A stretch of 64,000 nucleotides of DNA from Raillietiella orientalis (GCA_036172245.1 JAYWIR010000009.1:2604001-2668000), one strand, 5' to 3'; positions 38,641-52,799 are shown, counted from the stretch's first letter. Notes: a model not told the origin generated them from the letters alone. Program-made: numbers and translations.

Positions 38641-40679
38641 TTAATCTTTCTTGATGCTCGCCGACTCTGATGAAACACGGAAAGGTTGATAGAACGAGGA
38701 TTCGAAGGAAGGAGGGAGAGTCATTTCGCTTAAACTCTGCTCGAGCGTACCATGACACCTCCCTTAGTCTTCAAGGTGTTCATTCCTGCTAATCTGCGAG
38801 TGTGCTCTGCGAAAAGAAAAAAAAAAAATAATCACTTAGACATCCCGAGAGACAATGAATGAAATGCTCCCAATCGGGAATGCAGGGCAGGCTTGGAACA
38901 GCCGCTCGATACCATTGCTCAGCAAAACATCGTCTCGAAAAACTCCTTCCCGTTCTGGCTTCCTGCTCCCCGTTGTTTCTCCATGGGTTGTCCTGATGTT
39001 TGCTCACAACACCAGCGGCATCCAGAAAAAGGACGTGACCAGGACTAGCCACTGCTTCTTTTTTGAGGCTTCAACGGAAATGCAAAAAACGAATGCTTGT
39101 GGAATCGGTACCGTATTGTGGGGCCGCTTTACCATGCTTTCGTGCCACATAAAGAACGTGGCAGCCTTCCCACACAGCAGCGGCATTCAAAATAGGACCT
39201 CGTCCCTGGTGTGCCTCCGGCCTCGCTTTCTCACCTTTCCTCGCTTCCACTTCGGCGCCCTCTTGAGTCACCACCTCGGATGAAATGGCAAGAGAGTCGA
39301 AAAAGGGCGAGGTTTTTTTCAGCCTGGAGAACGGAGCAACTGCAGACCACTGTCAGAACGCATCTCAGTGCATAGCATCCTACTGCGTGTTAGTACATAA
39401 GTGGATATCCATATGCAATGGTCCATCGGTGCTCGACTGTTTGGGATCTCGTCAGACTCAGTGATCTCCTCATTTTGACGAGAAAAAAATGTTTCGACAC
39501 TCCGCGCATGCACGGAACTCGACACCCCGCTCTCATGATGAAACAGGTGGAGGTTTTCGTCTCGTGCCGTGGACCTCTCGAACAGTCCCGAACATTCCAT
39601 AGAGTGTCTCCGGAATCGTTTTTTCTTGCGCCTTCTGTGCATTTCATGCTTGAATCATGGGTCCTAAAATGGTTGCATTAAAATTCGTTCGGTTTCCGTA
39701 CTCGTCACAGGTTCCGGAACGAATAACCGACGAGTGCCAAGGTATCACTGCATTAATATCTATTTATTTCAAATAATGCTCATAGGTAGGAGTTCATCTG
39801 ACCGAACTAAGACAAGGTCATCGAACTGTCTCCCCAAATGATTATTTTGGAATCCTGTAAGTTCCTGTTCTTGCATGAAGTTTGAGTTTGAGGCAGGGCG
39901 ATGCTAGGATTTGATTTGCTTAACTCTTGCTTAACTCACTCTGGCGCTGTGTTAGGGGACGGAGAATGCTGATGCTGGGTGGCGAGAGACGCCTACAAAC
40001 GTGGCTAGAATGCATTTAGGGATTGCGGAGGGTGCTTTCCTTCCTTCGGGAAGGTGGAAAGGGTTTCATGTGGTGCTTGAGCATGCGGCAAAAAGAAAAA
40101 AACGAGAGATCAGATCAGAAGAACAATTTCTGCCCTGTGGTTCCATGGAGAATTTTTTTCGTGGCACACGAGGTGTAAAGGAAGCTCTACCGAGATGAAT
40201 CATAGATGAAAACCTGTGTAATATATTTTCGTCAGCATCAACTTTCCCCTGCGGAGCATCAGGATTTCGTAGCTTCCAAGGACCTCAAGGACTCCCAGCA
40301 TCCAGTGGAGGAGCACAAGGGAAAAGGAAATGCGAATTTTGCAGGGAAGCTGATGACTGCAGAGAGACTGACTGCAGCTGCTGGAGCAACGGCGCCTGTC
40401 TGCGTAGCACGAAGAAACCAGTCCGGGCACCCACAAGGAACCGCAGATGAGGTGCCACGTACTGCCGACTGCATGCATGGACAGCGCGAGGGCCTCGGGC
40501 ATCAGAACCCATCCTGCCGGGGCTTTCGCTTAGTAAGCCAGTGAGTTCACCATGGCATGAGACGCTCATGAGAAGAAAAATGACCTCGGGTGAAATGCGA
40601 GGTTCCACTGTAGTCTGGGGAGGCTTTCGCAGCAATCATCAGGTTTTTCAGTGAGGTCCTCTTCGGCACAGGGGGGAGA

Positions 40680-41860
40680 AGGAGAAGAGAGAGAGAGCGA
40701 GAAAAGGAAAACATTGATGAAAATATTTATGTGTCAAGGGGGAAGGAGAGTGGTACATGGGATCGCCGGTGGTACCTCGCCCGACCCCCGCATGCTGGGC
40801 AGTACGCTGGCAAGTCCCTTCTTCGATCCCACCAAGTAGGATCATCTCGTCACCTTCCTTAGGAAGGCGCTCACGAAGAAGATGGCCTGCCAAGCTCTCG
40901 CGCGACCGTCGCTGCGGAGACGGCGGAGCACCGTGATCGCCGCGGCAGGCGATGTTTGCATCCCTCACAAAGAGGCGCTCGGAGATGTCCACCTCGAGGT
41001 AGGAGGGCTGTTCTAGGGTGCCACCATGAGCTCTGGGGGATCACTCATTCCACACCGGGGCTATTCCACTTCTCAGAGCCTGAAGCAGCTTGAAGAGGCA
41101 CCTTTTCCTGTCCAGGAGATATTGAGTACCTTCCCTGTGACCACAGGCTATTCGTTTGAGGTCGCCGCCTTTCCATCTCTCTCCTTACATATGCGGTCAG
41201 ACTGGTAAGGAGTCGCCCACTGAATAAATTGGTTGGACCACAGAACGACCCTTCCGAGGGACATCCTTTGGTCCACGCAAGCACCCGAGACCTCGGAGAC
41301 CGCACTTCTGTCCTCCAAGAAAGCTCCCTGGGAGGAAGGTCTTCGGAGTTGAGAGAAACTAACGAGATCCCGAGAACTCCAACTCTCGAGTTCCCGCCTT
41401 CTGCTTAGCGCTTCCCTGGGCTCGGCAGAGGTTCGAGCTTGGAGATCTGCCCAGTGATGAATGAGCAGGAGCAACTCTCCCATAGCAAACGGGAGGACAG
41501 AGCCTCGGGAGGCACTTCGGGCCGCAGTCCTCCAGGCGGTGGATAGGAGGCGACCCAGTGTGCACATTTCCTCCTTCTAAGATTGTTAGCGGCGGCAAGG
41601 CCTTGCACAGCTGGGGAAAAGCGTGACGGCGAGTAGCAGGGAAAAGACTCAGCTTCCGAGTCGTCAAGAGGGACATAGCCGAGGAGTTCTGACGGATCTC
41701 TTCAGTCCGAGCGATTTGTTGGCTTCGAAAGCCGTCGGAATAGGATCGTCGGCACTGCCCTATTCTCACCCTCGGGTGGCGATTTGCTAATGCAGCGGTT
41801 TCCCCTCTCTGCTCTGCGGAAATCGCGGCGCGCGCTGCCATGGATACCGATGGCCCACTT
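40680..41860 (-). mobile_element. L1/Tx1-like ORF2 C-terminal fragment and 3' UTR
   Basis: TSPAAAITVLRRLR...VSAFLRKVTR*SYLVGSKKGLASVL aligns with the C-terminus of the 0.7 and 20 kb copies. Pyrimidine-rich tail. Confidence 0.65.
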
Positions 41861-41889
41861 TCCTCCCCGCGGTGGACTCGAACTCAACA

Positions 41890-43200
41890 GTAAAAAAGTA
41901 AAACGAAAAACATACAGTCAAAAAAATGGGGGGTTTCGGGAAGGACTCACTGTGTGCTGGATGGTGTCCTCTGCATCTTTCTAAGAATGCCAGCAAATTC
42001 CTGTTTCAAGACTCCCAGATCGGACCATCTTGACCCTATCCTCATGAAGAGGGCAGCAACAGATGGCGTACCTGTCCTTCTGGGCTCCTCTGGAGTTGTT
42101 GCTCCATGCAGCCACGGTCCTGCAGAGTAAGCGGCAAAGTGCTACTGGCAATGCGACCAGCGTGCGGGCGTCGCGCTGCTAGAGACGATTAAGAGGGTCT
42201 CTGGGGTTACCTCCGGGGGTTCCAAGGGTTGTGGCAAAGCGTCTTCAAAGGGGCCGGAAGGCAGCACAGTCTACCAGGAGGTGCAGAAAGGATTCCCGCT
42301 CCCTGCACTTAGCACACTTTGGGTTCACACACCCTCATGTCCAAAAATGCCGGTGAGCGTTGCATAGGAGGCCCCAATGCAGCAGCATCAATGACGACTC
42401 CTTCCACTTTAAACGGAGAGTGCAGGTGTTCATGAGCGCCAGGGGCAACTGCAGGTCTTGTCACTCTCCAGCGCAAAAGTCCATGAGGTCGAGCACTTGG
42501 AGTCTCAGCGTCGGTGAGTGGCCCGTTTCGCAGTCCTCTTGTCCTTCCCGAGATTTCCACAGTGATCGCCCATCTAGCCGTAAGGCTGCTGCCCATGTGC
42601 TCCCTAAGGCATGGCAGAGCGGTGGTGAAGGAGGTTCTGCTTGCCCACCATCGTGGGATCTTCCAGCATCTCCGCAGAGCGTGCAGTTGTTGTTGCGCGC
42701 GTACAGGAAACCTCGCACCTGTTCCGCGCTTGGCTCATGGATCCCCGCCCACGTGCGAACGGTTCCCTGCAACCAGGCACCACCGTTCGCAGGGAGTCAC
42801 AGGATCCATCCGTTTTTCCTGATCAGCGTGGCCACCTGCCGCAGGAGCCGTTCGCAGTGGATGAGAGTACGTGGAGGGTGCGCAAGGAAGGAAGAGAGTC
42901 CCACGCTGCTGGTGGCCTGCTAAACGAGAAGACGTGCAGGATGGCACCAGCCGGCGCTGCAGAGGCTTGCCACGAGGGTAAGCGTTCGAAACTGGAGCTG
43001 CAACTCCATTCGCTCTAGCTTCAGGAGGAAGTCTAGGCCGCCATCCCTGCGTGGGGCACACAAGTCCCTCAGGAGGACTCAGGGCCTCCCTTTGCTGCAG
43101 AGGGCGATTCGGAGGAGGTCGTTTGTCCGCTTTCGAATGCTGCATAGCGGGGGGTATACAAAGAACAGGGGACAGAGGAAGGGAGCCACGAATGTGTTTC
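41890..43200 (-). mobile_element. L1/Tx1-like ORF2 post-RT region to 3' end
   Basis: LRDLCAPRRDGGLDF (GGLG motif)...TWAGIHEPSAEQV...LKWKESSLMLLHWGLLCNA...PKCAKCRERESFLHLLVDC (intact CX2CX7HX4C). Confidence 0.85.
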
Positions 43201-43780
43201 CCACTGCGGCACCGGTGGAAGCCGGAAACTGGATTTGTTCTCGTAGACTGGCCGGGATTGGAAGATGACATTCCAGAATTAGAACTCCTCCGTCTAGGAG
43301 TCCTTCGGGGCTCCTGGCCAGTTGGGAAAATGGAGCTGTTATTTTCCTTGAGGGAGGATTCTCCATTGCGTACTGTGGTGCTGCTTGATACCCCTTTCGG
43401 GAGGTCGCCTCTTCAGTGTGTTAAAAAGTGCGCTCTTTCCTTCGGGGTCTTCTTGAGATGAGGAAACCAAGAGCGATTCTCTTGCAATTTCCCTCTTGAG
43501 ATGAAATGCGGAATGTTTCTCTAAAGAGAATGAAAACGAGGTTCCCTTCTGGGTTCTCCCACTTCCAAGAGTCGGAGAGGAACGGACTCCTTCTTCTGGA
43601 GTCCTCCTGGATTCAAAAGGTGGTGTCTCTCCGGGGTATGTCCAATAACTTGAAGAGTGGCATGCACTCCTCGATGCATGGACGGTGCTTCAAGAGCTCT
43701 GTGAGTCTGCGTAAGAAGATGGAGGTTCTTCAGCACTCGACGACCCCCCAAAAATGAGACCGAAGGAAAGGAGGGCAGTT
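43200..43780 (-). repeat. Repeated P/S-rich 5' segment, copy 1 (putative LINE 5'/ORF1 N-terminal region)
   Basis: Shares TCTTCAAG..GAATCCAGGA..GAGTCCGTT and CCGGCTTCCACC blocks with 52040-52760 (+) and 59180-59900 (-). Confidence 0.7.
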
Positions 43781-44009
43781 TCAGCTGCTGACGTTGAAGG
43801 CAGCAGAGGACACGAGGGCATATCAGACTCATTGGAAGCTGGAAGGCAACGGAGTTGTCTGAGAGAACGAAGGGAAAGAATCCTGGGAAGCAACCTTGGT
43901 GATGGCTCTGAAAAATATTAGAAACCACGAGGTAAACACAGGAGAAGAATGGAGACGCGTGGGATCTTCTGGGTTACCGACTCTTCCCGGCTCCATCCGT
44001 TCTTTCGTT

Positions 44010-44790
44010 TGTGAGAGATCTGGTTACCGCAGTGCTGAAAATAACTGCTGCACGCGGAGATCCTAGATGGGCCAGGAACCCTCCTCCGTGTGGCCACCCT
44101 ACATCCTCTGTGGCTTCTTTGTGTCAGTGTCCTTTGAGAGGAATGAGGGAGAGGTGCTTCGTCTGTTGCAAATCACCTACGGATGGTGGCTGTAAAGAAC
44201 TTCTTCAGTAAAGCGAACTGCTGGGTGCTCCCCTGAGGAACCAGTGGTCCCCCCTTTTTTGCGCAAGTGCTTACATGTCCCCGTTACGCTGGAAACAGGA
44301 TGCGCTGTTGTTTCTGCGCTGAAGACTTCAGAGCAAGCAGCACTTCCACCTTCTTTCCTGGGGGGTTGCGTCCCCGGACTGTGCCAAGCGCAGGTCGTCG
44401 AAGTCGAGCCCTCACCTGCTGTTGGACTCCAGGAACTGCGGCGGTGATTCTTCGCGCACGGCGGACTACCTGCAGGCTCCCTAACTGCGACGACATGTAT
44501 CTGCGCCATCGGGACAGCTCACTGTGTGCTGAAGTGTCAGCTGCTGGGAAAGGGAGTGTCCCGTATGGAAGCCGCCTATATGAGGGCACCTGAGAAGTGG
44601 CTGCATTTGGAAAACGCAGTTGTGCCCAAGATCATCGACATCCTTCACCGGTTGTCAGAAGAGAAAAGAGCTGCAAGACAAAGACATGTACCATCTTCCT
44701 CTTCACTTACTGATTTATTGTCCCCTTCCGGAATCCCCTTGAATTTCTTCTTGCCTTTGTTTTGGGAAACAAAGCTGCATAAATAAACGC
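44010..44790 (+). mobile_element. L1/Tx1-like LINE 3' fragment
   Basis: PLRWKQDALL and the knuckle remnant GVASPDCAKRRSSKSSPHLLLDS, then KWLHLE...IIDILHRL. AATAAA near 44785. Confidence 0.7.
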
Positions 44791-46159
44791 TCAGAACGTT
44801 TCCGGATGAAAAACCATCCTTTGCAATGCGTGGGCTGTTGTGATGGCCTGGGATCTTACAAAATCACCGCCTCCAAGACTGGACCTCTCTTTCTGTCGTA
44901 CTCCCTTTCAAGAGAAAGGAGGTGGCTAAAAATGGTGACCCTGCACTCGCCGTTTCTCTTACAACTCTAATCCAAACCCTCAGGCAGCACATAGCTCCGT
45001 GAGTCCAATCCGTCCCATCGCTCATACATTCGTCTGTCCTTTCTCTTTCCTCTTCACGTCCTGTTGCCCGTCGTCGGGAGAACACAGGAGTCCGCGCAGT
45101 CTGATACGCAAATAGTAACACATGTCCTGTGTATTCTCAAGGTGGCGTCTGCAACCACACCACAAGTTACGGAAGACGTGCTCCCTTATAATGGCGTCAC
45201 TTTCTAGAAGACGCCTGCTTGTCCTCGTGTTTTGGAATTCCTGCTGAACTTTATTTAAGCGTAAATGTGGCCCGGATCAGAGAAAATCTCTTGACCTCAT
45301 CATTCAGCCACTGTAGCCAGCAGATGCCAGCGTGTGTTTCTGCAGCACTTCCTTCATGTGACTTGGGATTATAGTAAATTTCTGCAGGAGCATCTTTCAA
45401 ATCACGTCCGGAGAAGCAGCCTGTTAGTTTCCATGCACTGAGTACCAAAGTCCGTCACTAGGAAACTGTACGTCATGGCGGATGTGAATTTTTAGGGTTT
45501 CTTGAAACCGAAATTCTCCATGCGCATTGACAAATGACGATGCGATGACGATGCCCACGAATGGAAGTCCCCATAAACTTATTACGAATACGGGGGCAGG
45601 CAAGGGACAATAAGAAAGCAGCGTAAAGTGAATACACAGCGAGGATTTATCTGCGGCTCACGAGGGCTAAATTGATGTTTGAGGACGGGGCGATCATCTG
45701 CAGGACGAACTCGAAAATTCATGGCAAAAAAATCAGTGAGTGGGCCATTTGAATTCCAAATTATGGGGATCAATTACAGGGATGCTAATGGTGGCACTTA
45801 GTCGGTCTTCCATGATCTAATGGTCCAGTGCTTCTTCCTATGATCACTTGCATCCTGCGGAGCAACCACATAATGATGTGCTGCCAACTCCGCGATGCGA
45901 GTGCGTTCTGACCTGATGATAGGGAAAATGAAAGCCCTGTGATGACGAAAGCATCTCGAACAAGTTCTTGCTCAAACCTATTCGTACATTCGTAATGAAC
46001 CGGCGGTAGTGCATGATCTCTTGCATCCTTTGCATCTCTCCTCATATGCACAGTGCCCCTTTTTGAGAGGGATCGCAGCATTAAGCGTCAATGTTGTGGA
46101 CTGATGCTGTGAATCCAGTAGCATCTTAAACACGGACTTCGGTGCTGTTTATCATCTCT

Positions 46160-46750
46160 GTGCCCAGCATGATTCCGTCTGGATCTGTGCATCTCTTAGA
46201 GGATCTTTTCACTTTAGCGAGGTCCTCCAAACCAAGCAACTTGCGTTCGCGCCTCCGATTGCGTGTTGTGTGCCGCGATTTTCGGCGAATCAAATGGCGC
46301 GACTGCCAGTTTGAATTTTCGGGCTGCCCGTGCCCACCTTTGCCGACGGGACAGGGAATCCACATGGATTTCTTGAATGACCCCTTCCTGTTCGAGTCGG
46401 CACTCGTCCCGCTTCGGGGCTGCTGAGACAGCAGTTTCCAGAGCAGAGAACGGCAGCAAGACGATTTGGGGGAATGGGTTGAGTCTTCTTCACAAGCAAA
46501 GAACGATGCAGCTGCCACAAAGCTGGGGACTCCACCGTTCAAAATTACCAAGCTGTCTGCATTTTTCACGGAAGCGCACAAAGCAGAACGTTCTGTATGC
46601 CTATTTGCAGGAATACGGGAACCACAACAGGTTGAGGATGATTTCCGAGAGAATGTCTTGGATGGCTTCCAGCATGAGTTAGTGGAATGGTACCAAAAAC
46701 CTGGAACATAAAGGTGCTGGGAGCTGCAAGCAGCTGAGTTTTCAAGGTCA
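46160..46750 (+). pseudogene. F-box gene remnant
   Basis: HLLEDLFTL...RLRLRVVCRDFRRI matches the F-box tail (LRxVCRxFxxI). The frame continues through stops. Confidence 0.45.
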
Positions 46751-49700
46751 AGGCAACTTGCATGTGCATGAAATTCGGCTGCCCGGATCACAAAACAGTT
46801 GAACGGAAGCTGAGGAACACCAGCCAGTTCGGATGCAGGGATCGGAGCGAAGGATTCATTGGTGTGTCGGACTTTCTGATGAGAAAAATTACAAAGTCAT
46901 GCTGATTCCGCAAGGATCATCACGATTTCAATGACTGTCCCCAGGAAGAAACACACGAAAGTGTGTAAGGTGAGCTAATGGCAACACAGTCTAAGAAATT
47001 TCCAGGAATCGTGTAGCCGCGGAGCCAGCATTCAGAAAGCGAAAGAATAGCGATCCGCTTGCGCACCAATTTACCCAGGAAGAAAAGGAGATGCCAAAAA
47101 ACCACTTAGAAATTTGTGAAAAAGGCAACGGGATGAATATCAGCAACCATCAGTTGAAAAGGAGAATCTTGTTTTCGATCTGGAGTAGTATTTTCGGATG
47201 ATCGGATGCTTCTATGATTCGAGAGCTTCGGTCCCAGTTGTCTCAACGAATGAAGACGGCGCAGGTAGAAAATCTGTCAAGTATTTCTCCCCAATGCGCG
47301 AGAAAGGTCACGAACGCTTAAAAAAAAAAAAAAGACATCAGGTCAGCATCTCACGTGAGAATAGGAAATGAAGGGAACACCTCAAGTGATGGTATTTCCA
47401 GAGAATAGGTTTGTCCGATAGTGGTTTGCAAGTGACAACGGAACAAACCGTGGCTTTCATTGCGTTCACCGTTTCAGTTCCACATTTGTGAGGTTGATCC
47501 ACAACGAAAGAGTGGCCGAGGCAAAAGGCACTCACAGGGATCGCTTGCACAGCTTATGGGAGCTGTTCCAGCGGAACTGGAGAAGGATATTGAACCAATA
47601 GCACAGCGATCATCATTAAGGAAGGAGACTATGCACTTGGAAAGGTCTCGTTCCCAAAGAGTATGGACGCTGATTGAACTGACACTCAACATCAAAGCTA
47701 ATGAACAAAACTGAGGGAGGTGGTGATGCCGATAGGCAAAACTGCCAAGAAGATAAACTGGATACTTATCTTGCAACTCTTTCATTGCTGTGGGCTCCCA
47801 TTTCTCATGATTCAGGAGAACAAAAGGAAGTCTGACTATGCCGAACTGCGAAAAGAAATGCAGCTGTCTCCTGAGAGGGAGAACGAAGACAATTGTGAAT
47901 TGCGACTGCACTGCTACGAATTCAAGCAGCTTGAAGATCGATCATGGAAGATGTCATTAATCAAGACCAAGAAGGACAACTGTAACATCTTGGCTCAGGA
48001 GCCAGCGACATCGGCATCGAGATGTGGAGAGATGCAGCTCTTAAAGTCACCCCTATTAAGGTCACACTGCACTGTGAAGGGTTCATTATATTTAAGGTAT
48101 GAGGAAAAGGTGCTGAGGAGAGCATTCACTTTTCTCGAGACTTATATTGGGAGCATCGGATAAGTAGCGGTCCTCACGGAGAGCACTCTTAAAATAACAT
48201 CCCTGTAATGATCGCCACTGAAAGGACCAGATAAATTGAGAGATTTCCTGATCATCGATCCACCCAGACAGCATGCTCGAAGATGCTGTCTGTTAGAATG
48301 AGGTCCACCAGCAGTTGCGCCGATGGAAGGTGCAGGAAGTCTCGGATCTGCAAATGGTCTCTGTCGCACATATCCGATCATTACATCGGAATGCTTCGCA
48401 GACACGCAGGTCGGGAATCCCGGATGGAGTCAACTAACAGGAAACGTCAGGAGCTGGTGATCACCAATCAGCTGATACCTAAAGCAGACCCGAAGCTCGG
48501 ATTCAACTTGGTATTTCATGATGGTGGGCGAGACCCTGAATTGACGCTGCCTGCCGCTTGGAAAACGAAAACTACATGGCAACGGTACATTCCAGAGAGA
48601 GCATTAAGAGAGCGACGGTCGAAGACTAGCTCTCCATTTTACTTCGAAAAAAGGTTCAATGGTGGACCGTGTTTGGCCAGGACGAAACCAGAGGAAGTTC
48701 TGATGAAGGCCAGCAGCGACCTTATCGTGAAAATTTGCCGGGGCATGGGGCGAAAGATAATCGAACCATCTAGTAGCTGGTTCTGTCTGATGTTCCCATC
48801 AGGATAATTGCACTCGTCGAAGGAGAACGAAAAAAGGGTTCCATCTGGGATAACAAATGACTAGAGGCTCTGTAGCCGAAATGACCCCGAACTGTTCTCG
48901 AACTTTACATGGGCAAGAAGTCCGGTTAGCCTGAACACTGAAGCTCGAACTGCGAGGATTTATGCCCGGTCCCAGTGGGTCCGTTGTTTAAAAATAAAAC
49001 TGCCTCTGTAGGAAGGAGCAAACTCTGGGTTGCTGTGTCCGATGAGACGATCCTCGCACTCTATGAAAGAACTGATATTTATGGACAACAGGGTAGCGGT
49101 CATGGCACTCAGAGTCCTTGAACGAGAGTGCAGGGACTCCCTCGAAGAAAAGAAGCGATCTTGAAGTTGCTCGCTGCTTAAGCACCGAATCTGCGCCTAA
49201 CCTTGAGGACTGTGCCCTTCCTGCCTCTGGATTGGATCGAACAACGACAGCTTCCTCAGATTCGAAGGAGTAGGAAGACTACGGAGGTGCAACCAGAAGG
49301 GTTTGGGAGCAAACACTGGCCAATTTCCTGTATCCATAGCAGCAAGCACTACATTGGAATGCTGGAAGCCTGAACGCGGTCAAGGGTCCTATCAGGACAC
49401 CGTACAGACACGGCTCAGCAGTTCCTAATTTCCTGGAGAAACTGTGAACTTCGAAAGAGTGTCGGCGTCGCACTCGTATGAAGTTTGAAAGCCCAAAGAG
49501 CAGCAGTTGCTGAGCATCTTTGGCGTCAGAGAAGCAAATGGCATGCTCTGTCCTCCTCGAACACTCTCGCAAGGTGAACGCGCTGGAAGCGTCAGTTGGA
49601 CCTCCGGTAGTGATGGGTGGCTTCCGAGAGTCACATTTTCTTCCTGAGAATCAGATTTATGGAGACTGGTCATGGTATAGGGAGAGGAGAAAATACAATC

Positions 49701-49779
49701 TTCACTTGTTTGAGATTTCTATTAACATCTAAAGTAAGAACCATTGGCGACAGATGACCTTGAGAAAGAGAGGTGTCCT

Positions 49780-50620
49780 GCGTCACTAAAAGTAGGAGCA
49801 GTTGGGAGAGCACGTTCCAAGCTCAACCATTTCCAGAGGGTCGACCCCATTCAGGAGTAAGCTTTTTCTGAACAAAAGTGTAGAACTCTTGGAGGTTCTC
49901 ACAGGAGCAGCTGTTTGGCGTTAGAGCCCTCCATGGTTTCATTCATTATCCTCAGTGGATAAGAATCACATCAGCTGACCTAGAGGAGTTTTTATTGCAC
50001 CATCTTTCCGGGAACTTCAGAAATCCTCTTCCATTGCTCCGGTATGCAGAAGTGGTGTTTTTAGAGTTCCCTTTGCGGATGACCTTTGCTGCTCTTTCAG
50101 ATGAGGGAATTTCGGAAGTTTTAAGAGATTACCGCTTCGGGTGTCTGGAAAAGGTCATGTCAATCCTGAATAGCCTTCCAGATGATTCAGAAGCTACCAC
50201 AGGCAGCAGGTAAGGTCACGTTTTAGACGCCAAATACGGAAGCGGCTTGTTGCTTGTGTTCCTTGGTTTTTCCTCTTTTCACTCAACGCGGGAGGCAAGC
50301 GTGCAGGTTTCTTGGAGACCATCGCCGTGACTTCCATGTAATCACACGTTTGATTTGCATCCAGCTCACGGTCCATTGATGACACTGGAGGTGTCATTTC
50401 TCTGTATCAATGATCGTCGATGAAATTCGTTATTTTTCCGACGACCACACCGCGATGAGCAATTCCCAGCCATCCACTTGATGATGATAGCATCCACTAC
50501 CTGAAGATGGTTGCTGAAACTTGCAGTCTTCGACGCAGGAAGTTGCTTTCAATCCTTTTTTTTGGGGTGAAGGAAGGATGCAATTAAAGATTTCGTCAGG
50601 AAGACAATTTGAGGATGGAA
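49780..50620 (-). pseudogene. F-box/LRR-CC pseudogene
   Basis: NCLPDEIFNCIL...LKATSCV (F-box, about 50520-50610), followed downstream by SCENLQEFY...KKLTPE (LRR-CC, about 49860-49905). Confidence 0.5.
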
Positions 50621-52039
50621 GGCTTCGATCGCGTAAACCGAAGATTATGCTTCCGCAATGTGATGGAGACCACCCCGCTTTTGCCCTTGGGGGCGTTAAG
50701 CAAAGAATAATCTCAGTCAACTTCTTTCCTCCCTTGTTCCCACTGTGATTTCTAAAGCTTTTCATAAAAAATTCATGAGGAGAGGAGTGGCAAAGCTCCT
50801 GGAGTTAGTGCCTGAAAATAGAATTGCATTTCGATCGTAAAAGAAAAAAAAGAGACTTATGGTCCCAGGAAAACCAAAAATAAAAACTTCCTGCGACGCC
50901 TTTTCCATTAATGCGGACACGCGTACCATCTAGTGGATCCACTTTGGGATTTCTCCATTCTAGTGTAAGCCACTGGACGGGAAAGTGAACCCATGTTGTT
51001 CCACGTGTCCGTTTTCGTGCCTACCACCGAGGACGCTTTACCGGATTTGCAAAGGGACACTCCCGGAGGCGGTCAGAGTCTTTGTGGGCCATTCCAAAGC
51101 CACGTTTCCTGCCCCGTGCTCTCCTGGTCATCGAGACTTCCGGAGGCAAGCAGAGCACTCCGAGCTTCGCGCGTTCTTGCACGCATGCGCCTGAGGTGGC
51201 GGTGAAGTCCACAAAGGCGATGTGCGGACGCAGATTGCTCAGGAGCAAGGCTCTGGAAGAAGAGCTTCAGAATGGGGGCAAAACTTTAAGTGAAAGGCTT
51301 GAGAAGGCTCAGGGAGAAATCTAGATGGCCTTTCGGATCCCTCGAAAAGATCACGGCTTGATACTCGGCTGTGGGTGTTCTCGACGTGAAGGATGTTTCG
51401 GAATGCAGTGTCCAAGAGCCCACCAATGAGAAGGAACCGCAGCAGAGACATCCACGGACTGAGATCAGGCTGCTGGTGGCGGGTCAGTGGGAGCAAGCCT
51501 CCCGGAGAAGAAAGAGAGATGAGTTTTCGCGAGCCATCGATCAGGTAGTCATCGGAGCCGCAGGAGTTCTTGTCTGAGATCTAATCTGCATCCACAGAAC
51601 TGTGATGTGATCTTCGCGATAGCGACCGCATCTTTGATCTTCTGGTCATGAAGTTTGATAGGAGGGCTTCTGATGCGGTTGGTAAAAACTTCCACTTGCT
51701 GGTCTTTTCGTTCTCTAGACAAGGCACACTGGACAGGAGACCTCCGAAGTCGATGATGGTTCTCAACTCCATAACGCTGGCAGCATCTTTCCTGCGCCAG
51801 ATGACATGCAAGAGGATCTTGCAGCGCGGATCCTATCTGGGTTTTTTTCAGGGAGAAAAGAAAAAGAAAAAAAAACAGACTAAGGGCTTTCAGGGTTTCC
51901 TTAAGGAGGAGAGTGTGAGTTCTTTAGCACTTGACTTTAAGGAGATGTACGACTGCTGACCTCTTTTGTATGTCTCGTGCACTCCTCGTGCTGTTTTTGG
52001 TTGAAAAACACTTTTTTGGTTCTCCACTCTTTGAAAAAC

Positions 52040-52760
52040 CGTTGAAAAACCTCTCCTCCGAGAGAGCCTTAGAAGCTCTCTAACATTGTCGATGCTAAAC
52101 AAGACTGCGTGTAAATCTTCAAGTTATAGGGGGTGTTCCGGAAGAGGACCACCTTATGAATCCAGGAAGGCTCCAGAGGAACGAGTCCGTTTCTCTGACT
52201 CCCTGGCTGTCTCCAAAGGGAACCCCCGAAGGAAACCTCTTTCTTATTCTCTCCAACGGAACCCCCGGTTTGTTGGGGCGGCTGCTAAGTTCTTATCCAA
52301 AGGGAGCCTCCAAGGGAAGGTACCACTCTTGGTTCCCAACTTTCAAGGGAAGCTCTGAAGGACGCTGCCAAATTCCTCCGAAGAAAGCGACGCGCTTCTT
52401 CACTCTAGAAAGGCATCAACCAGCTTTATGGTACGCGGTGGAGGATGGTGACTGCTTCCATTTCACAATCGAAGAAGGAAACCCCGTAGGGCTCTGTGAT
52501 GCCCTGGGAAGACCCCCGAGAGTCAATTTCTAATCTCATCCAGTCCACGGGGACATCCGGCTTCCACCATTGTCACCCCACCCGAAGCCTGTAGCCAACC
52601 AACGTCATCTGGCGAAGGGTAACTCGAGATCCACGAGGTACCCATTTCTCGGATTCGTTTTTTCCTTCGGGCGGGATTCCAACCCGCGCCTCTTGGAAAC
52701 CGCGGCCAGACGGTCGCCAACGCGGGCATTCTTAGATGCTGGTGGAGAACTTTCAAGGAG
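52040..52760 (+). repeat. Repeated P/S-rich 5' segment, copy 2
   Basis: Nucleotide homology to the reverse complements of 43200-43780 and 59180-59900. Confidence 0.7.
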
Positions 52761-52799
52761 TTTTTTAGAAATGCCATTTATTGTGAATTTGCAGTGAGT

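Noticed and set aside
38850..39280. Possible extra minus-strand LINE knuckle remnant (GHVLFLDA)
   Set aside because: Single weak motif; excluded from the feature list and the strand tally.
40200..40560. QREGLGHQNP, resembling post-RT GGLG, on the plus strand
   Set aside because: One short motif only; not counted, although it would add a plus-strand copy if real.
50985..51200. C2H2 zinc-finger-like spacing (CSTCPF...)
   Set aside because: Histidine ligands are missing; too degenerate to call.
52660..52735. Intact tRNA gene
   Set aside because: Only a T-arm-like stem is present; no acceptor or D-arm pairing could be built.
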